Assembly (NCBI RefSeq): GCF_039654945.1
Contig: NW_027361840.1
Location: forward strand, 10,354,001 to 10,418,000
Reading direction: 5' to 3'
DNA length: 64,000 bases
Source of the DNA: Dendrobates tinctorius
Taxonomy: Eukaryota
Every line of letters starts with the position of its first letter. Position 1 is the stretch's first letter. Below the pieces are notes generated by a model, which ran no database searches, was not told the DNA's origin, and saw only the letters and a program-made list of their open reading frames with translations. Below are positions 13,735 through 34,013 of this stretch, in pieces. The position numbers and the translations under genes are program-made.

Positions 13735-16700
13735 TGTGACGACCAGGAAGGTACGTCCGAGAGTGGACCCTCTGGGTCGCGGCGCTGGAGCTCCCGGGGA
13801 CGAGCACGCCAGGTGATGCCGACCCCTATACAGGGGCCGTTAGGGGAAGGCCCTCGGAAGACAGATGCCGCGACTGCTAGAACCAAGAGGGGCGGCTCAG
13901 GACTGAGTGAGAGGTACAGAACTGAGGATAGAATGCAGAGCGGAGAAGAGGTGCAGGTCAAAGTATGGAACGGAGACACGGAGTACAGGACTGGGCACTG
14001 GAGTACAGGACGGAGACACGGAGTACAGGACTGGGCACTGGAGTACGGGACGGAGACACGGAGTACAGGACTGGGCACTGGAGTACAGGACGGAGACACG
14101 GAGTACAGGACTGGGCACTGGAGTACAGGACGGAGACACGGAGCACAGGACTGGGCACTGGAGTACAGGACGGAGACACGGAGTACAGGACTGGAAAACG
14201 AACACAGGACTGAGGCAAGGAAAGGAATAGGAGAAAGTTACAGGAAGAACTCCTGCAAGCTGGTCAGAGCACCGCGGGCTAGGCACACGATAATCAGGCG
14301 TCTCCACCATGTTGGAGACGCCTGATATACCCCAGGCTGTGACCTGATAGGAGGACAGGACCTTAGGGCGGGCGCTGCAGGGTTAAGAACCCTGCATGGC
14401 GCGCGACCGCGGCCTAAGGCGCTTGCGCGTGAGGACCACACACCGGGAGGACGAGCGCTGGGAGACCAACACAGCGCGGCGAGATGGGGGCAGGTGAGTA
14501 CAGGCGGCGGCGGGCAACGCCGCTGCAGGCACGGCGGCGGTCACCGCCGCCGACGTGACAGTACCCCCCCCTTTACGTCTCCCCCCCTCCTGAGGTTGGA
14601 GAAAAACTTCTTTAAAAGAAGAGGAGCATTAACATTCTCTCTGGGCTCCCAGGACCTCTCCTCCGGACCAAAACCCTTCCAATCGACAAGGAAGAAGGTT
14701 CGCCCTCGAACTCTTTTCATGTCCAAAATATCTCTTACTTCAAAGGTATCATCGGCCCCCACTGGTTGAGGGACAGGAGGTGGAAGCGGGCGATACTGAT
14801 TAAGAACAACAGGTGTAAGGAGCGATACATGGAAGGCATTAGGGACCCGGAGTGAAGCCGGCAACCTCAATTTATAAGCCACGTTGTTAATGCGTCCAAG
14901 AATCTCAAACGGACCGATGTACCGGGGACCCAGTTTGTAAGAAGGCATCTTTAGGCAGATATGCTTAGTTGACAGCCAGACTTTGTCACGAGGTTGGTAT
15001 GGTGGAAGGTCCCTGCATCTTTTGTCTGCATGTCTTTTAATCCGGATACTGGATTCTTCAAGTGCCTCTCTGGTCTCCCTCCAGACTTGAGAGAACTCCG
15101 AAGAGAGGGCATCTGCAGCAGGAACACCCGAAGGCGAGAAGAGGGGTAGCGGAACACCAGGGTTTTGGCCAAAAACCACGAAGAACGGTGTTTTAGTGGT
15201 GGACTCGTTGGGGTAGTTGTTATGGGCGAACTCCGCCCATGGCAGGAGGGAGACCCAGTTGTCTTGATGGGCGTTAGAGAAGTGACGCAGGTAGGCTGCT
15301 AGTACCTGATTGATCCGTTCCACTTGCCCGTTGGACTGGGGGTGATAGGCGGAGGAGAAGTCCAGAGATATCCCCATGAGCCTGCTGAGCGACCTCCAGA
15401 ATCGGGAGGTAAACTGGACCCCTCGATCGGAGACGATACGTTGAGGGAGTCCATGAAGCTTGAAGATCTGGTGAATGAAGACCTTGGCCAACTCGGGTGC
15501 CGTGGGTAAACCAGAGAACGGGATAAAATGGGCCATCTTGAAGAAGCGGTCGACCACCCCCAAGATAGTGGTACATCCAGAAGAGCGAGGTAAATCGGTA
15601 ATGAAGTCCATACCAATCTGTCGCCAAGGGGCCTCAGGAGGAGGCAGAGGATGAAGCAGGCCGGACGGCAGGCCCCTAGGAACTTTGTTCTGGGCGCAAG
15701 TCGTGCAGGAGGCTACGAAATCTGTCACATCATAACGAAGGGAAGGCCACCAATAGTAGCGAGAGAGAAGGCAGAGGGTTTTCTTGACCCCAACGTGGCC
15801 CGCAATTTTGGAGGAGTGCCCCCAGTCTAGGATTTCCGACCTCTTATTCGGTGGAACGAAGGTCTTGCCTGGCGGAATGGAGGAGAGCGTCACGGGCGCC
15901 ACGGTGATAACTTTGGCAGGCTCAATGATATATGAAGGAGCCTCCTCAGTCTCGGGTGATTGCAATGACCTAGATAGGGCATCCGCCTTGGTATTCCTAT
16001 CGCCAGGCCGAAAATGGAGTTTGAAGTCAAAGCGGGAAAAATATAGCGACCACTTGGCTTGCCTGGAGTTGAGCCTTTGCGCAGCCTGAAGATACGCCAA
16101 ATTCTTGTGGTCCGTGAAGATTGTGAATGGATGGACCGCCCCATCCAGAAGATACCACCACTCCTCCAGTGCCATCTTAATGGCCAGTAATTCCAGATCT
16201 CCAATTGAATAGTTGCATTCTGCGGGAGAGAAGGATTTAGAGAAAAACCCGCAAGGCACCAAGTGACCAGAAGACGTCCGCTGAGAGAGGACCGCCCCGG
16301 CTCCAATGGAGGACACATCCACCTCTAGGGTGAAGGGCCTATTAGCTGTCGGCCGATGTAAAATCGGGGCGGTAGCAAAGGATCGTTTCAAGGCAAGGAA
16401 GGCTTCTTCGGCCTCTGGTGGCCAGACATGTGCTTTGGTCCCTTTTTGGGTCAGGGAGGAGATGGGCTTGGTCACAGAAGAGAAGTGGGGAATGAACTGC
16501 CTGTAATAATTTGCAAAACCCAAGAACCGTTGGATAGCTTTTACTCCAACCGGACGTGGCCATTTGAGTACTGCAGCCAATTTCTCAGGGTCCATCTTCA
16601 CCCCGGAGTCCGTGATAATGTACCCTAGAAAGGGTAATGAGGTTTGCTCGAAGAGGCATTTCTCCAATTTAGCATAGAGTCGGTTCTCCCGTAGACGTTG

Positions 16701-17192
16701 CAGGACCAGTCGAACACTCCTCCGGTGGGTGGACAAGTCGGGTGAAAAAATGAGGATGTCATCAAGATACACGACGACACAAGAGTACAGTAGGTCTCGG
16801 AAGATTTCATTAACGAACTCCTGGAAAACCGCCGGGGCATTGCAGAGACCAAAAGGCATAACCAAGTACTCGTAATGGCCGTCCCGAGAATTGAATGCCA
16901 TCTTCCACTCGTCCCCGGCACGGATTCGGATCAAGTTATAGGCTCCCCGTAGATCCAGTTTAGTAAAGACCCGAGCTCCTCTCAGACGGCCGAAGAGTTC
17001 TGGGATCAATGGAAGAGGATACCTATTTTTGACTGTAATGCTGTTTAGACCTCGGTAATCAATACCCGGACGAAGGGATCCGTCTTTCTTCCGGACGAAA
17101 AAGAATCCTGCTCCGGCAGGGGATGATGACTTCCGAATGAAATCTCGAGCCAAGTTTTCCCGGATGTAGTCAGACATGGCCGTGGTCTCTGC
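13735..17192 (-). mobile_element. Nested 5'-truncated chromovirus element C (RT-RNaseH-IN-chromodomain plus 3' LTR 13735-14560)
   Basis: Open pol with YLDD, IVSDRG, FGPEERSWEP; PPT at 14561; LTR TG...CA; interrupts QV|EVDAS in the RNaseH of element A. Confidence 0.9.
13968..14195. repeat. 40-bp (2x20-bp) tandem repeat inside the element C LTR
   Basis: CGGAGACACGGAGTACAGGACTGGGCACTGGAGTACAGGA repeated about 5.5 times. Confidence 0.9.
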
Positions 17193-19132
17193 CACCTGAA
17201 ATGGAAGTGAGACATCGGGTTGTGGCAAAACCGGAGAAGAAGTGAACCTCCGCTTCAGCTCCTGAAAAGAAGAAACAGCCTCTGGAGACCAATTCAGCAA
17301 ATCAGCGCTCTTCTTAGTCAAATCAGTCAATGGTTTGGCAATAACAGAAAAATTGGCTATAAACTTACGAATGTGTGTGCAAAACGTTTTTCTCATTTAG
17401 TGCAGACAGAAATAATATGAGAGGCATCTCCACAGAAAAAACACAGCTTATTACGCCTTCTGAACTCCTGACGTTGCGCCCTAGACAAAACCCCATCACA
17501 TTGCATAGGTTCAGACATTTGTTCAACAGGTGGCAGCATTTCCCGTATAATTTTACGCTCACGTAAACGCCGATCAACCAGAATGGCTAATGACATAGAG
17601 CCATCCAGACCAGAGGGAACAGGAAATTCCACCATAGTATCTTTTACGGTTTCTGACAAACCCTTCCGAAAGAGAGCTGCCAAGGCACCATCATTCCAAG
17701 TGGTGAGGACCGCCTACTTTCGGAATTTTTGACAGTACAGTTCTGCAGAATCTTGACCCTGGCTCAATGCCAACAGGGTCTTTTCAGCTTGATCAATCGC
17801 ATTAGGTTCATCATACAACAACCCCAAGGCCTGAAAAAATGCGTCCACATTAGTTAGAATAGGATCATCTGGTACTAAAGAAAACGCCCAATCCTTGGGC
17901 GTTTGGATCGCCGCGCAGCAAAGAGATGACAATTTTAACCTGCTGCACAGAGCTCCCCGATGAGTTAGGCTTCAAGGCAAGAAATAATTTACAATTATTC
18001 TTAAAATTCAAAAATTTAGACCGATCCCCAAAAAACACATCAGGAGTGGGGATTTTTGGTTCAGCAGCATGTGAATGAGCAAGATAGGCGGAAATTCCTC
18101 GCACTTCAGCAGCAAGCTGCTCCACGCGATCAGACAATTGCTTAAACTCCATCAGAAAAAATATATATATATTCCTCCTACGGCCTCAGAGATAAAGAGG
18201 AAAAAATATACACACAAAAAAAAAAAATTCTGACACCTTTTTTTTTTTAAACAATTCTCTCCTGCTTTTGAGTACCCTAGAATCTGCGGTATGGCTGCTG
18301 GTGATTCTGTTATGATTGAGTCACCGAGGAGGAAAAAACAAAACACAAACTCAGCCCAGAAAATCAGAGAGGTTGGAAACTAGCGGATTGCAGACCCCTA
18401 ATCCTATCACACAACTAGCAGTAGCCGTGGAGTGTTCCTATGGTGATCCTAGACACCTCGTCACAGCCGGAAATCTACATAAGCCTAAAGAGAGAAAAGG
18501 GAAAAACTGACTGCCCCAGAGCAGACCCCAAAGCAATAGGCAGCCCCCAACATATAATGACGGTGAAGCAAGATGAAAACACTAACACAGATAGAAAGAT
18601 AGGTTGAGCAAACGATGGGGCCCAAGCTAACTAAAAAGGACAGGACCGAAAAGCTGCTGTCTGCAATCCGAGAAAACCCTGCTAAAAGTATTACCAACAC
18701 AACTGATAAGCAAAAAGAACCCTGAAGTCACTAGACTTCAAACCCTATATCAACACTCAGAATATTCTGGAAGCAGAGCAAAAGAGAACACTGATCAAGG
18801 AAAAAGAATCCAGCACACCCCCGGCCGGGGATGGCTGAACTAAAAAAAAACAAAGTAAACAAAACCAAAACTAATAAGTTCAATAGCAGAGCAAAAACTT
18901 ATCTTTGGGAAGCAGGAATCAGACTGGTCTCCAAGAATCCAGCAGAGAAATCACCAGCGACTCAGAAGGGCGTCGGCTGCCTTATATCCAGTCTGAAGTT
19001 CCCGTTACCCAGTCGCAATCCACCTGATCAGGTGTTTGGTTTCTTTCATCTAAATCAGCCTCACTACCTTCCTTCACCAGAAGAGGGAGATCCTCGATCA
19101 CAAAAGATGAATGAACAGATGAGCTCACAACA

Positions 19133-19470
19133 CATTACATTACTGATCCTGAGTTACATCCTGTATTATACTCCAGAGCTGCACTCACCATTCTGCTGGT
19201 GCAGTCACTGTGTACATACATTACATTACTTATCCTGAATTACCTCCTGTATTATACTCCAGAGCTGCACTCACTATTCTGCTGGTGCTGTCACTGTGTA
19301 CATACATTACATTACTGATCCTGAGTTACATCCTGTATTCTACTCCAGAGCTGCACTCACTATTCTGCTGGTGCAGTCACTGTGTACATACATTACATTA
19401 CTGATCCTGAGTTACATCCTGTATTATACTCCAGAGCTGTGCTCACTATTCTGCTGGTGCAGTCACTGTG
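19133..19470. repeat. 86-bp tandem repeat, segment 2
   Basis: Same unit, resumes in register after element A. Confidence 0.93.
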
Positions 19471-19472
19471 TA

Positions 19473-26669
<7,197 letters not shown>

Positions 26670-26671
26670 TA

Positions 26672-26988
26672 CACTACTGATCCTGCGTTACATCCTGTAT
26701 TATACCCAAGAGCTGCACTCACTATTCTGCTGGTGCAGTCACTCTGTACATACATTACATTACTGATCCTGAGTTACATCCTGTATTATACCCCAGAGCT
26801 GCACTCACTATTCTGCTGGTGCAATCACTGTGTACATACATTACATTACTGAGCCTGAGTTACATCCTGTATTATACTCCAGAGCTGTACTCACTATTCT
26901 GCTGGTGCAGTCACTGTGTACATACATTACATTACTGATCCTGAGTTACATCCTGTATTATACTCCAGAGCTGCACTCACTATTCTGC
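26672..26988. repeat. 86-bp tandem repeat, segment 3
   Basis: Same unit, resumes after the Tc1. Confidence 0.9.
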
Positions 26989-28157
26989 ACATATTACTCT
27001 GTCGCCTCATTGGTGGACACAGAACCATGGGTGTTATGCTGCTGTCCACTAGGAGGAGACACTATGCATAATCCGAAAAAGATTAACTATGGCTCCTCCT
27101 CTGCAGTATACATCCCTGGACGGCGTTAGCCTTCTCCATTTTTTGCTTAGTTTCGGAAGGAGGCACACCTAAATTTTTTTTTTTTTACTCCGTTTTTTTC
27201 CGAGGATTACAGATGAAGAAGAGTGGGTCTCCTGTGAGACTCCTGGCATGGCTTCTTCCTCGGTCCCCTTTTACGGGGTGCCTAGTTGAAGTCGAGATGG
27301 CTATTCCCCATGCCGCTCCTTCCCCAGTCCCTCGGGTACTGGTTCGAAGTCGAGACCCCCCTCCTTCCCCAATTCCTTTTGGTCTCTGGGTTGAGGTCGA
27401 GGCGGGGATAAAGACCCCTGATGGTGACAGCAGCACCCTCCCTAATCCCCCTCTGGGGGCATTAGGTTGAGACGCCTCAGGTAGGGTCTGTACAAGCAGC
27501 ACTCTGCACCGCTTCCAGGAACCCCAGCCCTGCTGCGGGCTCCTGTCGGGGCCGGGGGTAGTGCAGGCAGGCAGCGCACAATACAGACACAGGGCTCCCT
27601 GCTCCCCTGTCTCTGCGGCAGCACCAGCTCTAAGCGCCTCAAAGGGACCCTCACAGGGCCCCCCTTCCACTTATTGCTCCACCGCTATCCTGCCTCTAAA
27701 CCCGGGGGGTCCGGTTCAGATCCGCCCCCCTCCGGGACTTCCGCGCTGGCCTGGAGCCTTTCCAGGCATCAGGCAGCTAATTTAGGCCGCGTCCGCTCTG
27801 CCCCCCGGCCCGCCCCCCGGATGACAAATATGACATAGAGGGGGCGGATCAAGACAGGGCGCGTTTTCATACAGCTCTGCTGTGCTTTTTCTGCTCTCCG
27901 CCCCCTTCTCCTTCCTCCTCTTCTCGGCGGCCATTTCTGCTGCAGCAGAGACATCAGCAGGACCAGGCCAGCCAGTCTCCGGGGGGCACAGGACTGTGGA
28001 TCTTCGGCGCTGGACCTAGGGGCAAACTGGTGGGGTAAGATATCACAGCTGGGTTTTTTTTTTATTCAGGCTGTGAATCCATATTCCCCTATAGGTCCTC
28101 TGCATAGCCACCCCTGTAGAGTCCTCTGCATAGAGGCTCTTCTGCACCCTGTGCACT

Positions 28158-29721
28158 ATGCCGGGCTCAAGGTCCAAGAGAACCAGGCAGCACTGCTTTT
28201 ATGCATTCTGCACAGCCTGCAAAACCTCTCTCCCTAGTGGCAGCACCTACCCGCACTGCCGGGACTGTATGCAGGCTACTGGGTCGGAACCCCAAGAATC
28301 CCCTACCACTGCTTCGGTGTCTGCTACCACGCCGGAATGGGCTACTCTCATGTCACAAACTGTGACACAGTCTATAGATAACCTAACCTCCACATTGCTT
28401 CAGTGCAGTGTCATGCCGCGGCTATGAACGTTACCCAGCAAAGGGAGAGCTTAACTCAGAGTCAGGCGGTTCAAGGCACATCCAGACGTAAGCGGACCCA
28501 CAGGTCGCATTCACCTGTGTCATCCTATAGCACACAGTCATCCCCCTCTAGGGAAAGACACCGTAGCTCCAGGTCACCTAGACAGTCCCCTACCAGGGAC
28601 AGACAACGCAGATCTCCACAGCCATCTCCGACCACAGAAGACCCCCAACCCAGTTCACCCACCAGGGGACGCCTCTGTGATACACAAGATTCGGAAGGCA
28701 TCTGTGACTCCGACTCAGACAACGAAACGGAGGGGTCCCTGATCCCAATTCCCCCTAGCAATACAGCGCTAGTTGAGGACGTAATCTCTTCCATCCATCG
28801 GGTGCTGCATATCTCTGATCCACCCTCGGAGGCCCCAGAACACAAGATTTCCCTTGAAGGTGTTCTAAAACCGCCTAAGGTCTTCTCTAATCACCCAGAA
28901 TTTAAGGCAATCCTTAACAAGCAGTTTTCACAGCCTGAGAAGAAATTCACCAATCGCAAATATTTGGAGGCAAGGTATCCCTTCCCGCAGAAGGACACCA
29001 AGGAATGGACAGATCCACTCGAAGTGGACCCCCCCAGTCTCTAGGCTAGCCGCGCAAACCCTCCTCTCACTGCCAGATAGTTAAACCCTCAGGGACGCAG
29101 CAGGTAGAACGCATGGCTCGTTCAATTTTCTAGGCTGCAGGGGCCTCCCTGGCTCCCGCGTTCGCTTCAGTCTGGGCTGCCAAGGCCATTCTGGCTTGGG
29201 CCAAAAAATTACAAGCGGGCCTCCAAGCATCAACTCCTGAGCTGTCGGACCAAGTGGTTCAAATAGCAGTTGTAGCAGATTACATGCTTCATGCAGCTCT
29301 GGATTCCTCAAGGAGTGTAGCGGGGATAGCATCAAACGCCATCACGATTCAGCGTATCCTCAGGCTGCGTGAATGGAAAGCGGAAGCGGCTTCGAAGAAG
29401 TCCCTCACGCACCTCCCGTACCTCAGTGGGCAACTTTTCGGTGAAAAGTTGGACACAATGATATCCAACGCCACTGGGGGTAAGAGTATCTCTCTCCCTC
29501 AACTGAAGCCTAAACGCACTTACAAAAGGCGTAACCAAACACGATTCCGATCCTTTCGGAATGCTTCGGGCTGGTCCGTCTCGCGTACAGCACAAACTCG
29601 TAACCGGTCCCCACGCAGGGACAACTCACGTGCGACGCAAAGGCCAGACAAGACCTGGCAGTCAAAAGCAGGCCAGCCGAAGCCCAAAGGAGGAAAACCT
29701 CAGACTTTCTGCTCATCATGA
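28158..29721 (+). pseudogene. DIRS ORF1 (gag-like; N-terminal Cys motif, Ser/Arg-rich region), frameshifted
   Basis: CTAC...CRDC motif; LPYLSGQLFGEKLD motif typical of DIRS ORF1. Confidence 0.75.
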
Positions 29722-31613
29722 CTCGCGAACTCCGGAAGACATCCCACCCGTAGGCGGACGACTTTTGCTCTTTCAGCAAGTCTGACTGCCTATTACAGAA
29801 GACAGGTGGGTCAGGGAAATAGTGTCTTCTGGATACAAGATAGAGTTCACTTCCATCCCACCGAACCGGTTCTTCCTCTCTGTCCCCCCAAAACCGCCAG
29901 CCAAGGCTCGTGCCTTCCACCAAGCGGTTTCCTCCCTTCTTCAAGCAGGAGTCATAGTACCGGTTCCCGCGGCCGAGCGCTTCTGAGGGTTCTACTCCAA
30001 TCTATTTGTAGTCCCCAAAAAAGGAGGCAGCGTACGGCCCATATTGGACCTAAAACAACTCAACAAATATGTACGGGTTCGTCATTTTCGCATGGAGTCC
30101 CTTCGGTCCAACATTGCGTCCATGGAGCAGGGAGAATATCTCGCCTCCATAGACATACAAGAGGCATACCTGCAAATACCGATTGCTCCCGCCCATCAGA
30201 GATTTCTCAGGTTCGCAATCAACCAAGACCACTACCAGTTCGTGGCTCTCCCCTTCTGATTCGCCACGGCTCCCAGAGCGTTTACCAAGATCATGGCAGC
30301 CACCATGGACGTTCTACACTCCAGAGGCATAGTAGTCGTTCCATACCTGGATGATCTCCTCATCAAGGCTTCCACCTTCAAGGACTGCGAGATCAGCGTT
30401 TCAATCACAATCGACACTCTGAGTCGCCTGGGCTGGTTAGTCAACCTACAAAAGTCAGCGACTACCCCGAGTCAGTCTTTGACCTTCCTGGGGATGCTAT
30501 TCGACACCTCCAGGGGTCTGGTGCTCCTTCCCAAGGACAAGGCACTGGCTCTCCGTCTAGGAGTTCGCATCCTCCTCTGCAGCCCTCCCCGATCTCTCCA
30601 GTTTGCCATGAGAGTCCTCGGCTGGATGGCGGCAGCAATGGAAGCGGTTCCTATTTGCCCAGTTTCACCTCAGGCCTCTTCAACTAGCCATTCTTAGGTC
30701 CTGGGACAGGAACCCTTTTTCCCTCGACAGGGAGTTCCAGCTAACATCGTCAACCAGGAGGTCCCTACACTGGTGGCTCAAGCCAACCTCGCTTGCAACG
30801 GGGAAATCCTTCCTCACAGGTCAATGGAAGGTCCTGACCATCGATGCGAGCCTGACAGGTTGGGGTGCGGTGCACCTACATCACAGGGCAAGTGGTCACC
30901 AGTGGAAGCGAACATGCCCATCAACATCCTGGAAATTCGGGCCATCTTCTTCGCGTTGAGAGCCTTTCGTCACTTACTGGCAGCCTCTCATATCAGAGTA
31001 CAGTCGGACAATGTCGGTGGCATATGTGAACCTCCAAGGCGGGACCCGCAGCACCCAGGCGATGAGAGAAGTGACACATATCCTCCACTGGGCGGAAGAC
31101 ACGGGGTCGGTAATCTCTGCGGTCCACATTCCGGGTGTGGACAACTGGGAAGCAGTCTTCCTCAGCAGACAAGGAATGGACTCGGGAGAGTGGTCTCTCC
31201 ATCCTGAAATTTTTCGCCAGATCTGCCATCGCTGGGGGACCCCGGACGTGGACCTAATGGCATCCCATCTCAATACCAAGGTCCCCAATTTCATGGCCAG
31301 GACACATGATCCGCGGTCGCTCGGAGCAGATGCCCTGGTTCAGGACTGGACCCGGTTCCAGCTTCTGTACATTTTTCCACCTCTCCCCCTGATATCCAGA
31401 GTGGTGAGGAAGATCAAACAAGAGGGAGTTCCAACCATCCTAATCGCGCCGGACTGGTCCAGACGTACATGGTACGCCGACATCGTACAACTTACAGCAG
31501 ACGCCCCCTGGCGTCTCCCCGACCGTCCCGATCTTCTGTCACAAGGCCCGTTCTACCACCAGAACTCAGGGGCTCTCAATTTGACGGCTTGGCCCTTGAA
31601 ACCTGGGTTCTAA
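29720..31613 (+). pseudogene. DIRS ORF2 (RT, RNaseH, methyltransferase-like), disrupted
   Basis: SIDIQEAY, PYLDD, INILEIRA, VQSDN, DLMAS, YIFPP motifs with stops and frameshifts. Confidence 0.85.
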
Positions 31614-31648
31614 CCTAGGCAGGGCTCTCGCCGGACGTCATCGAAACC

Positions 31649-32619
31649 ATGATCAGGGCACGGAAGCCAGCCTCCGCTGAAATTTATTACCGTACCTGGA
31701 GAACCTTCTTTACCTGGTGCGAATCTCACGGCCAGATCCCACTCCCTTATTCCCTCCCCAAAGTGCTTGGTTTTCTCCAATCGTGTCTGGACGCCAAGCT
31801 GTCCCTGGGCTCGCTTAAGAGCCAGGTGTCAGCGCTCTCAGTGCTTTTTCAGAGACGCCTTCCTAACAAGCCGCAAGTAAGGACTTTTCTTCAGGGGGTT
31901 TCCCGATTGGTTCCCCCCTACAGACGTCCACTAGAAACGTGGGACTTCAACCTGGTCCTGACAGCATTGCAGGGACCACCTTTCGAACCCCTTAAGGAAG
32001 TCCCACTCCGCCTTCTATCCCAGAAGGTGGTCTTTCTGGTGGCAATCACCTCGCTACGCAGGGTGTCTGAACTGTCAGCACTCTCTTGCAGACGGCCCTT
32101 CCTGGCTTTTCACCAGGACAAGGTAGTTCTCCGTACGATCCCATCCTTCCTTCCGAAGGTCGTGTCCAACTTCCACCTCAATGAGGAAATTTCACTACCA
32201 TCCCTTTGCCCGGTTCATAGGGTGGAGAAGGCTCTGCATACGCTTGACCTCGTCAGGGCATTGCGTATATACGTGTCTAGGACTGCGCCTTTCCGAAAGT
32301 CTGATTCCCTTTTCCTTCTTCCGGAAGGCGTCCGCCAGGGTCTGCCGGCTTCCAAGGCTACCCTTGCCAGGTGGATCAAATCCACCATACTAGAGGCTTA
32401 CCGCCTAAAAAATTCTCTTCCGGACGGTATTACGGCACACTCTACACGGGCGGTAGGGGCCTCCTGGGCCATTCGGCACTAGGCTTCGGCACAAGTGTGT
32501 AAGGCGGCCACTTGGACTAGCCTACACACGTTTACGAAACACTACAGAGTTCATACCCAGTCCTCAGCGGACGCGAGCCTGGGTAGATGGGTTCTGAAGG
32601 CGGCGGTGCCCCAAGTTTA
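31649..32619 (+). pseudogene. DIRS tyrosine recombinase (ORF3) with premature stop at 32482
   Basis: RRVSEL and HSTR catalytic motifs; FTKHY continues after the stop. Confidence 0.88.
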
Positions 32620-33691
32620 GGGACCTGTCAGCACAATATTTGTCCATTGCTTCCCACCCAGGGACTGCTTTGGGACGTCCCATGGTTCTGTGTCCCCCAA
32701 TGAGGCGACAGAGTAAAGGAGATTTTTGTGTACTCACCGTAAAATCTCTTTCTCTTAGCCTCTAATTGGGGGACACAGCTCCCACCCTGTTGCCCTTACG
32801 GGCCGTTGTTTCGGTTGAGTTCTCATATTGTTCTTTGAGCTCGTACATAGTGGCCTTTTTTACAGGCATGGTTATGGGTTTTTTCTGTTATGTTCCTCCT
32901 AATGCTTTTGCACAAAACTGGAGAAGTCTAATGCCGTCCAGGGGTGTATACTGCAGAGGAGGAGCCATAGTTAATCTTTTTCAGATTATGCATAGTGTCG
33001 CCTCCTAGTGGACAGCAGCATAACACCCATGGTTCTGTGTCCCCCAATTAGAGGCTAAGAGAGATTTTACGGTGAGTACACAAAAGTCTCCTTTTTGGTC
33101 TGTTTACATTTTGGGATGTCCTATATTTACAGCAGGTTCTGTACAGTCTTTTCATGTTTGAATAATTAACTGGTTTGGTGCATTACCTGATTATCATAAG
33201 ATTACAAATAAAGTTGTATCCTGATAATTCTGCAACGGTCTTACCTGCAGATGATGGCGCCGACATCTCTCTCCAATTCATAATGCATGTAGAAATAAAT
33301 TTCAGCAGATCAAAGCTGCAAGTCTTTATCCTTCGATACTGAGCTAAAAAGCAGAGCCTGGCGTTCCGCCTTCCTTATAAAAACCATCCAGTCTATATTA
33401 TGAATAATATAAGACTCTATATTGACACAAATGTTCCAGCGTCTGATGCGTTTCAGAGATTACAGCTATGAATAAGGAGATCTCATCTCTGAAACGCATC
33501 AGTGTCGGCACCTTTGTGTCATTGTGTGGCCGTATATCATTGAGAGAATAATCTGGATCGGAGTCAGCATCGCTCTCTCTTTCACAATATCTTAGTACAT
33601 CGGGTCGCTTTATCTGTGGATTACACTCAGAATTTTCTGATGCCAAGTAGGAATGAACCATCCCTATTCACACGCTATGTTCACCAATTAG

Positions 33692-33868
<177 letters not shown>

Positions 33869-34013
33869 TGAAGGCCGCGGTCTGGATTAGATATAACCAG
33901 TACAAGTCAAGCCGGGGGAAATGCTAAAATTACTGGGAAGCTGGTCGAGTGGAGGCCAAAATTGAATTGGTGAATTGGTAAGCCAATAATGAAGTGATTT
34001 AGGAGGTAACGTA

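Larger units (their letters stand above)
11108..19132 (-). mobile_element. Ty3/Gypsy chromovirus (Tf1/sushi group) element A; defective, contains nested element C
   Basis: LTRs 11108-11906 and 18308-19132 (TG...CA); PPT next to 11907; gag with CCHC knuckle (18152-17393); protease and most RT deleted; RNaseH/integrase/chromodomain 13734-11756; flanking duplication CATTAC. Confidence 0.93.
26994..33095 (+). mobile_element. DIRS1-type tyrosine-recombinase retrotransposon; full-length but degenerate
   Basis: Inverted terminal repeats (~26994-27146 and ~32909-33047 plus right extension), internal complementary region ~32680-32780, gag-like ORF1, RT (YLDD)/RNaseH/MT, YR. Confidence 0.93.

Noticed and set aside
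13813-14325. Repetitive ORFs in the element C LTR
   Set aside because: Products of the 40-bp LTR repeat; absent from the related solo LTR
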